A stretch of DNA of 64,000 nt from Antechinus flavipes (taxonomy: Eukaryota), in the NCBI RefSeq assembly GCF_016432865.1, contig NC_067401.1, positions 190,092,001-190,156,000 on the forward strand, read 5' to 3'. Of the stretch, positions 1 to 31,196 are shown piece after piece. A model generated the notes under the pieces. The model had not been told where the DNA came from, ran no database searches, and worked only from the letters and a program-made list of their open reading frames with translations. Positions within the stretch are counted from its first letter, which is position 1; every line of letters begins with the position of its first letter. The translations under genes and the position numbers were made by a program.

Positions 1-258
1 GGACCTTGGAGATCATCTCATGTGATTTGACTAAAGTCACATAGGTGGTAAGGAGGGAAAATTTGAATTCAGATCCTTTGACTCCAAATCCTATATCTTT
101 GCCAATTGGTGGGATGCCTCCCTTCCCACTAAATAACTGTTTGTTGAACTGATGTCCTACCCTTAACAACCACAGCCCTGGAGGGATGAGGAGCTCTTAG
201 GAACCTCAGGGGAATAATTAGCTCTTGAGAGAACTGGGAGCAACACATGGGGTCCTAC

Positions 259-480
259 CTGGAAGTCTTCTAGGTGGAGCGGCTTCCTGCCAGAGGGTGG
301 CCGTTCCAGGAAGAGCTGTAAAGTAACATTAAGAACAGCTTCCTCTGTCAGGTCCTGATGGGTGATGGAACTGGGGGCAGCTACCAGGCTCCAGATATTG
401 GGAAAGAAGCCAGATGCTGGGAAAAGCCATGTTATCAGCAGGAGTAGGGAGCCCAGGTAGGAGTGAGACGGAGGGCTCAT
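259..480 (-). CDS. VWA7: von Willebrand factor A domain-containing 7, first coding exon (rest of gene lies left of the window)
   Basis: ATG at 480 gives [74 protein letters not shown], a signal peptide plus the VWA7 motif FFPNIWSL..[13 protein letters not shown]. Acceptor ttcctccag before 495; donor CAG|gtagga after 259. Position next to VARS1 matches MHC class III order. Confidence 0.93.
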
Positions 481-988
481 GGCTAAGACATGGACCTGGA
501 GGAAGAGGAGAGGGGAGAGGGGAGAGGGGAGGACAAAGACACAGGAGCAAGGGTGTATGTCTGTGGAATACTGAATTAAGTGCCCAAATTTCTGAGGAGG
601 ACAGATAGAATGGCATAATGAGGTGACACGCCTTCCTCTCTGGCCAACCCTGGATCTGTTTCTGTCTCCTAGGACACCTGCCTTCTCCACCCTCAGCCTC
701 ACTTATCTTCCTTATTTGGACTCCTGTCTTCACCCAGACAACCAGTTATTAAAATACAAACTGAGTGGCTTTGGCAAACCTGCCAGGGAAAGGCTAAGGA
801 CCTCTCTGCTTCTCAGTGACCCAGGCAATCAAGCTCTTTACTTCCAAGTAGCCAACAATCTGCTGGTCTGCCACCCCTATCCTCCCTCTCCCTTTTAGGT
901 TTTTCCCCTCAAGTACCCAGGTATTTTCTTCTCACAGGGAACAGAAGTTTCCCCTTCAGTTTCTCCCCTCCCCTTCCCCGCATCTTAC

Positions 989-1100
989 CTGGTCCCTGGA
1001 ATTTCCTCCAGGATAGGGTCGTTAGGCTAGGCAAGCAATGGTATCCTTGTCCCAGACTTTAGATCAGAGTTATATTTAACCCAGGGCAAGGTGTAAGTTG
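989..1100 (-). other. VWA7: candidate non-coding first exon of VWA7 (5' limit not determined)
   Basis: Strong minus-strand donor CAG|gtaaga at 989/988; the coding exon starts at an acceptor, so an upstream exon is required. Confidence 0.4.
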
Positions 1101-1467
1101 TGGGTGAGGCAAACTAGGGAGCAAAGACAGGACCTAGAGTGTTCCCAACTGCATAGCCCCCCAAATCCAAAGAAGCCCAAACAAAGGAACTATGTGTAGA
1201 ATGAGAGATATACATAGAGCTGCCCTTACTTGATCTATCCCACTGCATTGCAGAGATGAAATGTGCCAATGAAAGTGCATGAGTCAGGGGCTGGAGCCCA
1301 GCCAGGGCTAGACCAAGTTTTATCCTTTTTGCTCCCTTTCCCCACAGAGGGGACCCAAATTTCTAGTTCCTCAGCTCTGGGGTAGTACCTTGCCCCTAGT
1401 CCTCAGTATTCTCCAGGAACAAAAGCATTCAGTTCCCCTTGAGTTTCCCAGATATTAGACTTTCAAC

Positions 1468-3000
1468 CTTTTTTTTTTTTTTTTTTTGGTTTGTTTTTTT
1501 AAATAGCTTTTTATTTACAAGGTATATGCATGGGTAATTTTACAGCATTGACAATTGCCAAACCTTTTGTTCCAATTTTTCCCCTCCTTTCTCCCACCCC
1601 CTCCCCCAGATGGCAGGGTGACCAATAGATGTTAAATATATTAAAGTATAAATTAGATACACAATAAGTATACATGACCAAACCGTTATTTTGCTGTACA
1701 AAAAGAATCAGACTCTGAAATATTGTACAATTAGCCTGTGAAGGAAATCCAAAATGCAGGCAGACAAAAATATAGGGATTGGGAATTCAGTGTAATGGTT
1801 CTTAGTCATCTCCCAGAGTTCTTTCATTGGGTGTAGCTGGTTCAGTTCATTACTGCTCCATTGGAACTGATTTGGTTCATCTCATTGCTGAAGATGGCCA
1901 CGTCCATCAGAATTGATCATATAGTATTGTTGTTGAAGCATATAATGATCTCCTGGCCCTGCTTGTTTCACTCAGCATCAGTTCGTGTAAGTCTCTCCAG
2001 GCCTTTCTGAAATCCTCCTGCTGGTCATTTCTTACCGAACAATAATGTTCCATAACATTCATATACCACAATTTATTCAGCCATTCTCCAATTGATGGGC
2101 ATCCACTCAGTATCCAGTTTCTGGCCACTACCACAAACATTTTGGCACATACAGGTCCCTTTCCCTTCTTTAAGATCTCTTTGGGGTATAAGCCCAGTAG
2201 AAACACTCCTGGATCAAAGGGTATGCACAGTTTGATAGCTTTTTGGGCATAGTTCCAAATTGTTCTCTAGAGTGGTTGGATGTATTCACAATTCCACCAA
2301 CAATGTAGCAGTGTCCCTGTTTTCCCACATCCCTTCCAACATTCCGCATTATCTTTCCCTGTCACTCTAGCCAATCTGACAGGTGTGTAGTGGTATCTCA
2401 GAGTTGTCTTAATTTGCATTTCTCTGATTAATGACTTGGAGCATCTTTTCCTGTGGCTAGAAATAGTTTCAATTTCTTCGTCTTTGAGAATTGTCTGTTC
2501 ATATCCTTTGGCCATTTATCAATTGGAGAATGGTTTGATTTCTTTAGAGTCAATTTTCTATATATTTTGGAAATGAGTCCTTTATCAGAACCTTTGACTT
2601 AAAAATATTTTCATAGTTTATTGCTTCCCTTCTAATCTTGTCTGCATTAGTTTTGTTTGTACAAAAACTTTTCAATTTGATATAATCAAAATTTTCTATT
2701 TTGTGATCAGTAATGATCTCTAGTTCTTTGGTCATAAATTCCTTCCTCTTCCACAGGTCTGAGAGGTAAACTATCCTGTGTTCCTCTAATTTATTTTATA
2801 ATCTCATTTTGTCTAGGTCATGAACCCATTTTGACCTTATCTTGGTGTATAGTGTTAAGTATGGGTCGATGCCTAGTTTCCTGCCATACTAAGTTTCCAA
2901 TTTTCCCAGCAATTTTTGTCAAACAGTAAAGTTCTTATCCCAAAAGCTGGGGTCTCTGGGTTTGTCAAACACTAGATTGCTATAGTTATTGACTGTTTTC
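1468..3000 (-). mobile_element. 5'-truncated LINE-1 (ORF2 C-terminus, 3' UTR, poly(A))
   Basis: Poly-T at about 1469-1500; ORF-track fragments REMQIKTTLRYHYTPVRLA and WKLSGCPSIGEWLNKLWYM-type are L1 ORF2 C-terminal; possible TSD agactttcaac (1457-1467) / agactttgaac (3001-3011). Confidence 0.92.
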
Positions 3001-3117
3001 AGACTTTGAACATTAAACAGTACCCCTCCCTCTCTAAGGAATTAGGTTATATGATTGCTTCTCTCTCACAGGAACCCATTCCTCATTACACAAAGAAATA
3101 AGTTTGTGCCAAAATAT

Positions 3118-3123
3118 TTTATT
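3118..3123 (-). terminator. VARS1: VARS1 polyadenylation signal AATAAA
   Basis: tttatt on plus, 64 nt beyond the stop codon. Confidence 0.75.
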
Positions 3124-3186
3124 GCTGCAGCACCACCTCCCACCCAATAATGGGAGGTCAGCGTGCTGGGGAGCTGTTTCCAGATC

Positions 3187-21864
<18,678 letters not shown>

Positions 21865-22479
21865 AGTCCCCGGTGTGGCAGGAGCTTCCGCCACACTTGC
21901 AGAGACCTAGAAAAAGAAAAAGAAAGAGACTTAAGCGAGGACAGGCCCTCAGAGAAAACAAGCTGGAGAGGCCTAGGGATAAAGGAGAAATAAACCTTTA
22001 GGCTATCAGAACTGATTGTCAGCTCTCCATCCCCTACAGTTAAATAAAATCTGTAAAGTGGAATTGGAATGGAGGAGTGCAGATAATAAAACTTTAGGAA
22101 AGGAGTGATCACTAGGGTTTGGCCAACAACCCTAAGGCCCCTATCAAGAACCGTTCCCTTTCCTCTACCCTCATCCTTCTGGGTCACACTGGAGGCAGTA
22201 GAGAAGATATGGACGCTGGAGGAAAAGAGGATCAAATCCCATCTCTGAGTCCCCTGACCTGGAAAGGTGGAGGCGCGACCTCCATTATGAACACAGAAAG
22301 GCGGCTGGTGAGGGAAGGAGTCGGGATGCTGACCGCTTACTGGCACGTCGGGGAACTAGGGTTTCTTAGTATCTAGACTGCGAAGGGGAGACTGTGTGGC
22401 GATACTGGGGAAAATCGACTGGGATCGGAAATAGGAGCGAAGAAGGAAGAACAACTTCATCTCTGAATTAGGGGGAACA

Positions 22480-23110
22480 CTAAGCCGAAGCCAAGTATCT
22501 GGTGGCCAGGAGGTGTAGGGTGATCAGAGTGGTTAATAACTTCCCAGCAGTCGAGGCCGGAGAAGGGCCTAAGGAGCAGCGAAACGGATGACAACCAGCT
22601 TCAGGGACGGGGGATCGTACCCAGCAGCGGAGCGGCAGCGATACCTCGGGGTCCAGCCCGGCTTCTAGAGAACACCGTCTCCAAACAAAGCCGCGACTTC
22701 CTCCACGTGTTTCTCCGCCTTTGTGACAGACCAGCACTTCCGGGTTCTTCGAAGGGCCCCAAGTTTCATAGCTGTTTGATCTGGAGCCTGCTCTGAAAAA
22801 GTTAAATTGGGATCCTAGCGGGGTGGGGACAGGGTTGCGGGGGGCGGAGGCGGGGGAGCTGGTAATACATATAATTCCGGGAAAGGAGCCTTACCCTTGA
22901 TGGGGTGGTCAGAGATTGTTGGAGGTTTGGAGAGTTCGGGTTGATGGCAAAGTGAGGTGGTCTTTGGGTCCTGAGGGGTAAGGCTGGGGATAGGCGGGCG
23001 GCTCGGAGAGTTGCCCTGGCCTCCTAGTGGGAGGGGTGGGGCTTGCTTTCAACAATCGTGCTAGGCCAGGGCTTGGAAGTGCACCCACCCCACCCCGCTC
23101 CGCTGCGGTG
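22480..23110 (-). promoter_or_regulatory. VARS1: CpG-rich VARS1 promoter and non-coding first exon(s)
   Basis: Local CpG enrichment, ETS motif acttccggg (22736-22744), GC boxes; candidate minus donors at 22621 (GG|gtacga) and 22895 (GG|gtaagg); acceptor for the ATG exon at 21906. Confidence 0.7.
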
Positions 23111-23197
23111 ACTGCTGCGTGATTTCTACCCTTATAACCTGAATCTGGGGCTCAGACTGAATATATGCCATTTCTTTACTTTTTGATTTTCCCCCTG

Positions 23198-23328
23198 AGG
23201 CAATTAGGGCTAAGTGACTTGCCCAGGGTCACACAGCTAGGAAGTATTTAAGTATCTGAGGCTGGATTTGAACTCAGGTCCTCCTGACTTTAACTGGTAC
23301 TCCTATCCACTGCGCCACCTAGCTGCCC
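23198..23328 (-). mobile_element. short tRNA-derived SINE (WSINE1/MAR1-like)
   Basis: Minus-strand head gggcagctaggtggcgcagtggatagg with B-box-like gagttcaaatcc. Confidence 0.7.
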
Positions 23329-25639
23329 GATGTATGCCATTTCTTGTGGGCAGGTTCCCGGTTTTCCGAAGTAGGAGGAATCATTAAGCAATCAATCAAG
23401 AAGCATTTATTAAGCAAAGATACTTTAGCAATACTAATAAAAATGAGAATACGAAGAGATGCTCGCAAACAAAACCAAGATATATGCAAAATAAGTGCAC
23501 AGTGATGGGGGTGGGGGTGGGGAGAGGAGCACTAACAGGGTAGCAGTCTCTTGAAGTCAAGAGCGTGCTTGAGCCCAGATTTGAAGAGGTGGACTTGAGA
23601 AAGGGGTGGAAAAGGGTTGGGGCTAGGGTAGTAAACAGCTAACGCAGAAGTATGGCGTGTTCGGAAGAGGAAATGTCCCATGAACATCAAATAGGGCAGT
23701 TTGAAATGCAGTGGAGGTGGGAGCACATGTTATTAGCATGGCAAGGTGGGGTGACATCAGATTGTAAAGGGCTTTAAATGAGTTTTGTATTTTTTCCTAA
23801 AGGTGACAGGGAACCACTGCTTTCTTGAACTTCTGCTCAAAACGTTTAGGTCCTAGGTAAGTAGGTGGGGCTGGCAGAGAAAGCCTGAAGCCCCGATAGT
23901 ATGCTAATACTGCTGGAGGCAGGCTGGGAAGGGCACTGATGATGCTGGGATTGGGTGGGTTTTTGGTTTGGATGAAGTTTCCATTGCAGTCCCTCCCCAA
24001 GAGATCATCTTTGGAAATCCCACTTTACTGTGTTCAATCAGAAAACCAAGTTATGCTGGCAAACTCCTCAGGTTAAATTTCCCTCATAAATTGGCCTATG
24101 GGTCTGCCATGTTCCAATTCTTGGCTGCTTTCTTCTCCTCCCCTTAACTCCCACTCACCCTTCATTTACCTAGTGGTGTCCTTCTCCTTGTTATAGTGAA
24201 CTAACTTCTGTAAGGGTTAGCCTGACAGTTAATGGTTTAATCCCCTTCCCCTACTTAGTCTCATGATTTTAGCCTGCCAGGCTATTGTGTGTTCCCTTCT
24301 CATGGCTTATTCCCTTTTTCCTAGTTGATTGTGAGTTCCACTGGAGAACTTGTCTTTCCATTATAATTGTTTAAAATCCTGTTCCTTGTTAACTATGATG
24401 TTCTTTCTATTGCTTTCTCAAAATCTATTTTGTAATTACTACTCCTGGTATCTAATTCACCTCTTCCTTTCATCCATAACTTCTCATAAAATAAAGGTAG
24501 CTTGGCTATTAGGAAAATTCTAAAATTCTTAACTAAATTATTTGGAGTTATTGTCACCATGTTAAATCTAAAATTGACAGTGTGTGTGGAAGAAGAGGGA
24601 TAAGGTGAAAGCCTTCTCAGTTCACCTCCAAGTATAAGGTATTCCCCCTTCACAGAGTAGGGATGTTGTGCCACAGTTCTCTTCTAATTATTCTGATTCA
24701 GTTTCCCTCAATTGCTCTGCCTCAGTTTCCCTAATTGATAGGCCCCAATCCCCTTAGTTGCAAACTCCCCCTCGGGTTCATGAAGACTGATATAACTCAG
24801 GGCTATTTGCTCTAAGATTATAAATTGTCAATGTGTAAACTCAAAAAGGGGGACTCTAGACTTTGTAGTCAGACACTTTAACTCCCAGTTTGTTAGAATT
24901 TATGGTCTTACCCCACGACCTGTCAGAACTGAATTAATGGTTTCTGCCTGGAGATTCCTGCTTACCAGAGTTTGGATTCCACTCCTGCAGGAGGTCCAGG
25001 GAGTTGAGGAGGAATAGCATTGGTCAAAGGAAGACAGGAGTCGTTGAGTAGTTTGAGTGAGGAACTGATGGAAGTGATGCTCCCACTTCTCTCAGGCTCC
25101 TTCATACTTTATTTTTATACTGTATTATGATCATATATTTTCTTTAGGTCAACAAAGTCTTCAGACATGTGTCTGACTTACTGACCTTTATATGTTATTA
25201 CATTTGATATTCAATATTAGAGTAAGTTTTTTATGGTTAAGTGTTAATTACTGATTACATTACTCAAAGCTAATAATGAAAAGGTAATATTATACAAGCT
25301 TAACTGTCAGTGAATTTTGTTAGTTTACTTATGTCTTCTTTGTCAATTTTATGGATTATTTGATTCCTCTATTTCCCTGACTTGGAACCCTGTACATAGG
25401 CATTTAGGGCAATTCCTAGTTATACTTTAATCATCTTTTGATTCCTAGACATACTGATCTTTTCTGAGTCTAAGTTGGTAAACACCATTATTTCCTGGAC
25501 CTTTGGATTCTTTCCCATAGTGACAATGCTTTCGATGGTGTTCTCTCCTTTATCATTTGCCTCAGTGAGAGATTAGTTTTATTAGGACAGAATATGCATG
25601 TGGAATCCTTTCTAGTTAACTTGCCCAAATATCCCTTGT

Positions 25640-26026
25640 CACTATATATATTTTAGATAATGTTTAGTGCTATAATCAAGCCAATTATAAATAATATAGG
25701 AAATAATAGCCCACTAATGAGAATCATAGAAGGAAATGTTGTTCCTGCATGAGGACTGTGCACATTTGATCTCAGTTCTGGGCTTCGCCAATCAGCTTAG
25801 AGATTGCGACTCCCAACTCATACCCCTGCCTTTGTTTAGCTACTGTGTATAAATATGTCATTGAGAACTTGCATTGGTTGCTGGATGCTGGATTCTTGGA
25901 GACAATAGTCTCATTCAGCCTTGGGACCAAACTATGGATCCATTTGGTCCCAGTAAATCTCTCCCTTTCAAATAAATTATTAAAAACTCTCTAATCTCTA
26001 TCTGCCTCAGTTTCTCCGGCATTACA
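25640..26026 (+). mobile_element. solo LTR (5' end approximate)
   Basis: TATA gtataaata, AATAAA, ends cattaca; R/U5 core shared with 27959-28073 and 29098-29230. Confidence 0.65.
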
Positions 26027-26452
26027 GGGAGAGGTATCAAACAACACAGCCCATGTTGTGGCTCCACAACTCCCAAGAATAGTTGGAGTGGACAACAGCA
26101 ATCTCAGCCTTTCCCTTGAGGTCTATGGCAACTCCCCTTAATATGTAAGCTTGCCAGTTTTCTTGAAACCAACAGGTCATTAGCTCTGAAAAATGAGCCT
26201 GTTTAGGATTTATAGTTAATTTTAAAAAAAGAAAAGAAAAAAGGGAGTGTTTACTAAGAATCTATAAGTTTGTATAATAATTGATCCTTTGCTTCAGGAT
26301 AAATTTAAATATATAGAACATGTTAAACTCATGTGTGTAAGTCCTGGTAAACTTTTAAAACAATATATCTAGCCCTAAGTTGCATTTAGTAGAATTTGCT
26401 ATTAAAAGATAAAATCTCTTGGGAGTGATATTCTTTTGAATTTGATTGCCTG

Positions 26453-27245
26453 TAAGAAATAGATTAGTGGATCAGTGGAAAAGGCTAGGTTCACAAGACA
26501 GAATAGTCAACTATAGCAATCTAGTGTTTGACAAACCCAAAGCCCCTAACTTCTGGGAAAAGAATTCATTATTTGATAAAAACTGCTGGGATAATTGGAA
26601 ATTAGTATGGCAGAAATTAGGCATGGACCCACACTTAACACCATATACCAAGATAAGATCAAAATGGGTCTATGACCTAGGCATAAAGAACGAGATTATA
26701 AATAAATTAGAGGAACATAGAATAGTTTATCTCTCAGACTGTTATGGAATATTATTGTTCTGTAAGAAATGACCAGCAGGATGAATACAGAGAGGACTGG
26801 CGAGACTTACATGAACTGATGCTAAGTGAAATGAGCAGAACCAGGAGATCATTATACACTTCGACAACGATATTGTATGAGGACATGTTTTGATGGAAGT
26901 GGATTTCTTTGACAAAGAGACCTGAGTTTCAATTGATAAATGACGGACAAAAGCAGCTACACCCAAAGAAAGAACACTGGGAAACGAATGTGAACTATCT
27001 GCATTTTAGTTTTTCTTCCCGGGTTATTTATACCTTCTGAATCCAATTCTCCCTATGCAACAAGAGAACTGTTCGGTTCTGCAAACATATATTGTATCTA
27101 GGATATACTGCAACATATCCAACATATAAAGGACTGCTTGCCATCTAGAGGAGGGGGTGGAGGGAGGGAGGGAAAAAAAAATCGGAACAGAAACGAGTGT
27201 CAATATAAAGTAATTATTAAATAAAAATTAAATTAAAAAAAAAAA
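26453..27245 (+). mobile_element. internally deleted LINE-1 with 15-bp TSD
   Basis: Exact TSD gaatttgattgcctg at 26438-26452 and 27246-27260; ORF2 piece joins directly to the ORF2 end near 26740; poly(A). Confidence 0.92.
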
Positions 27246-27512
27246 GAATTTGATTGCCTGATCATTAAGTCAGTAGCCCAACATTCGAGAGGAATGCCAC
27301 AAATTACTCAAAGGAATGCTTTCCTGAACTATTGTCATAGGTGGACATCTTATCTGGGCAAGAGGTGGGAGGACAACTTTAGCTTCTGCTTAAGATGGGA
27401 TACTTCTGACTCAGTTTCCCAGTTCTATTTCTTTGTTTCTCACCTGATTCAAAATTCAAAAGAATATCACTCCCAAGAGATTTTATCTCTAAGAGCAAAC
27501 TCTACTAAATTC

Positions 27513-28073
27513 TGTGACAACCCCTAGGTATTTAGACAGGCACTAGTATCCAGTATCTTGATCTGCAGCCCCACAAGGCTTCCCTGGCTACAACCATACA
27601 ATCCCCTAACTTCCAATCCCCCTTCTCCCCCCAGGGCTATGAAGTTTCTTTGTCTAAAGGCCCACACAACCTACCGATTTATCAATCACTCCCTAAACTG
27701 TTGTATACTTTCTTGGGCATGGCTGGATTTTATACTTGTTATTGTCAAGCTCCTCTATGATTCTATTCAAAGCCCTGACACACTCCCTCTTGACTGGGGG
27801 CCTGTGATCAGGCCATGTTGTGCCACAGTTCCCTTTTGATGTCCAGTACCTCCCTCCATTGTATCATCCCAGGTACCTCCCCCACTATGTCATTGTTCTT
27901 GTTATCCTATAAAAAAGCTTGCTCTGTGATACTTAAGGCTGGACTCTTTGAGATGATGGTCTCATCCAGCCCTGGGACCAAACATGGATCCATTGGTCCC
28001 AATATATCTCTCCATTTAATAAACTATTGAATTGGTCTCTAATCTCTGTCTTGCTCAGTTTCTCAGCATTATA
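27513..28073 (+). mobile_element. LTR
   Basis: Starts TG, has tataaaaa and the shared R/U5 core, ends cattata. Confidence 0.65.
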
Positions 28074-28450
28074 GCCAAAGCTTTTAAGACCCTAAAAGCT
28101 AAATTGACTTCTGTCCCTACCCAACCTAATTCAGAAAAGCCTTTTACTCTGTATGTTCATGAAAGGCAGAGTCTGGCCCTAGGGGTCTTTAACGGGGCTC
28201 TTGGACTCGATCCCAGATCAGTTGCCTGCTTCTCAAAGAAACTTGACTTAAGCGTCCTTACAATGATCCTCTAGTCTTAGAGCAAAGGCTGGTATAAGCC
28301 CTTCTAATTGAAGAAGCCTCAAAATTCACCCTAGGCGAAGCATTAGAAGTTCTAACACCCACCCAATCAGGTTCAGAGCATTTTAGAAGCCAAAAGGCAT
28401 CAGTGGCTTGCTAGTGGGAAGCTTACCAGATATCAGGTTCTCCTGCTACA
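28074..28450 (+). mobile_element. ERV1 (gammaretrovirus-like) pol remnant, RT connection region
   Basis: Reads AFKTLKAKLTS..KPFTLYVHERQSLALGV..VACFSKKLDL, then with frameshifts ALLIEEASKFTLGEALEVLTP..HQWLASGKLTRYQVLLL. Confidence 0.85.
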
Positions 28451-28799
28451 CACACCCCTTCCTTCCCCCTCCCCCTCCCCCCTTGATTCTCCAGGTGTGC
28501 CACATCCTAAATGTTTTAAGACTTTGAGAGAATAACTTATTTTGACTATTCTGTATCCAAAGAACTAAGAAATAGAAATATGTACAGATACATATCTAAT
28601 GATGGCCATCTCTAGAGAGGAAAAAAAGAAATTTATATAACTTGTATATTAAAGGGAATAGCAAATTATGCACAATAGATTTGTAGTGTTGTGTGCATTT
28701 TAAAAAATACTCAAAATTTTATTCCATAAACTAAAAATAATTTTCAAAAAAATCACTAACATGATGCAAATTAAAGCAACTTTGAGATTATATCAATAT

Positions 28800-29230
28800 T
28801 GTGCCAGTTCCCTTTAATTGTCCTGACCCAGTTTCCTTAATTGCCTGCCTGTTTCCCTAAATTGTTCTGCCTCCAGTTCCTAATTGTAATGCTCAAACAC
28901 TACCTCCCTCCCTCCTAATCATCAGAACGTTTGATAGAATAAAGATCTTATATTTTAGACATCATTAGACTATCAGGTGCCTCTCCCCATACCAATTAAT
29001 TAGAATATCAGGTGCCTCCCCTCATTATGTCATGGTTCTTGTTACCCTACAAAAGAATCTTTGTATCCAACATTTGAGGCTGCATTCTTGGAGACGTAGT
29101 CTCATTCAGCCCTGGGACCAAACCATGGATCCATTTGGTTGTAGTACATGTCTCCCTTTCAAATAAAACATTTAAGACTCTAATTTCTATCTCGCCTCAG
29201 TTTATATATATATTTCTTCAGGCTAATATA
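28800..29230 (+). mobile_element. solo LTR with ~22-nt internal tandem repeats
   Basis: Repeats of cagtttcc(c)taattg at 28805-28885; shared R/U5 core at 29098. Confidence 0.6.
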
Positions 29231-29546
29231 ACAAACAAAAAAAAAGGGTAATGACAAATATTTGCAGGACTAGAGGGAAAACAGCTATACCAGCACACAG
29301 TTGGTGGAGTAAAATCATCTAGCCAATCTGGAAAATTTGGAATTGAGCATACCATTTGACCCAGTTCCAACCATAATTTCATGGTAGCCAAAAATTAGAA
29401 ACTGAAGGACTACCCTCCTATACTAAACAAATTGTAGTGTATGTAATCTTGCCATATGATGAAATAGATAATTTCAGAAGAAATAAAACTTATGAAATGA
29501 TGCAGCCAAAGTGAGCAGAATTAGAACAATTTATACAATGGTAACA

Positions 29547-29976
29547 TTGAGGTTGAGAAGGGGAGACCCAGAAGTCCCAGACTGGTGTGGCAAGATGTCT
29601 CAAAAGAATTTGCAGGCTTGGACCCTCTCCTAGTCAAGGGGCAAAGTTTATTAAAAGCCAAGTGATGCCATTACTGAGTAAAGAAACAGAACGAAGGTGA
29701 TACTTACACAGCTTTCAATCATAGATATGTTAATTCAATAGCTCAAGCCTAGGGAATAATCTCCAGATGAATTGAGGGTGGTCTCCAAAATTTGATTGTC
29801 ACTACCAGATCATCAGTCAGCAGTGAACTGAGAAGTAGTCTATTCAGAATTAGACCAACTGGGCATTTCCAGAGTAGGAGTTTTCCTGAGGCCAGAGGCT
29901 AATTGACTAAGGAGTAGTCAGAGCCGCTTTGGAGCAAATTCCAAAACCAAAAGTTTTAGCGTTTCATATTACATCA
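29547..29976 (-). mobile_element. solo LTR inserted in an older L1 remnant
   Basis: 6-bp flanks gtaaca at 29541-29546 and 29977-29982; minus strand starts TG; AATAAA on minus. Confidence 0.55.
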
Positions 29977-31190
29977 GTAACACTGAAAAATTTTAGAATG
30001 CCTATCAATGCAATGATAAACCCAGAGTCCAAAAATCGCTAACATCCATTTGTCTCCTGGAAGAAGGGATGAATTTAAAATGACAAAAATAATAAACTAT
30101 AACTAAACCATAAAAATCACAAGGCAATTTGAGACAATCTCAATTTTATCAAATATATTAACAAATCACCATTTTCTGTTTACAGGGAGGAGTGAACCTT
30201 GAAAAAAGGTTCAGGATGATTGCTATAGGAAATCTGATGGTGGTTAAAAGAAAAGTAAAAGAATTGACATATAGTAGTCATGACCCAATTTATACTGTTT
30301 AGAACCAATAAAAGGAGATAATATGCAAAGAATTAACCTAGGGAGGAGCCCAATCAGCAATCTTGACTATCCATAACCCTACAAACCAATTAGTAGCAAA
30401 ATAACACAGCACCTTTCTAGGTTAGTCAGGTTCTGACTTTATGTAAAGCCCATAAAAACTGGATCACAAAGAGCTAAAAGGGACCTGAGAAGTAATTAAT
30501 TAAACCCTCTCATTTTGCAAATGAAGATACTGATTCCCATAGAAGTTGAGTGATTTGCCTAAGGTAATGGTAACAAATCAATTCAATCAATGGGATTTGA
30601 ATCCAAATACTCTTTCCACTGTAGCATGTTCCCTGGAAATGGTGGTACAATGTTGAGCATCCTAATTTTTTCCTTTTCCTATGTAGTCATGTACTTTTAT
30701 TTAATCGTATTTTATTTTTCCTAATACATGCATACCTTTCATCTTTGTAAAACCTTGCGTTTCAAAATTTTTTCTTTCTTTCTCCCTTCCTCCCCCATCC
30801 CATCCCTGCCTTCCTCCCCAAGATGGCAAGCAATCCAATACAAGTTAAACATGGAGCATACTAATTCTGTCAGAGAACCTCAGCTCAAATTCCATCTTTG
30901 ACATTGACTTTGAGCAAGTCAATTAATTTTTCTGGGCTTCAGCTTCCTCATTTGTTAATATGAACAGGATTGAAGCGAGTTGACTTCTGAAATTCCTTTC
31001 AGTTCTTGATTTAAATGCCTGAATTACTAGTCATTTAGAGCTAAGTAGAGGAAGGAAATAGACAATAAAAAGCATGGATGGTCTGAAAATATCCTCATTT
31101 TTTCTTTTAGTCTGCCTCCTTCTCTAGAAAGTGTAATTTTGATATTCTCAATCGCATCTTGAAAGAGACAAACACCTCCAAGTTTCAAAC

Positions 31191-31196
31191 TTTATT
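31191..31196 (-). terminator. LSM2: LSM2 polyadenylation signal AATAAA
   Basis: tttatt on plus, about 340 nt past the stop codon. Confidence 0.6.

Noticed and set aside
163-702. 179-aa ORF as a complete protein; likewise 4764-5480, 10112-10495 and 21421-21894
   Set aside because: Each is one true exon extended into introns, often from a non-ATG start; splice sites delimit the real coding part.
21865-21894. 10-aa N-terminal extension of VARS1 ([10 protein letters not shown])
   Set aside because: The start is GTG; the conserved ATG is at 21864.
23290-23328. tRNA-like A/B box sequence
   Set aside because: SINE head; no cloverleaf, and it continues into the SINE body.
28800-28890. ~22-nt repeats resembling a CRISPR-like array
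   Set aside because: Degenerate tandem repeats without unique spacers, inside an LTR in a mammalian genome.
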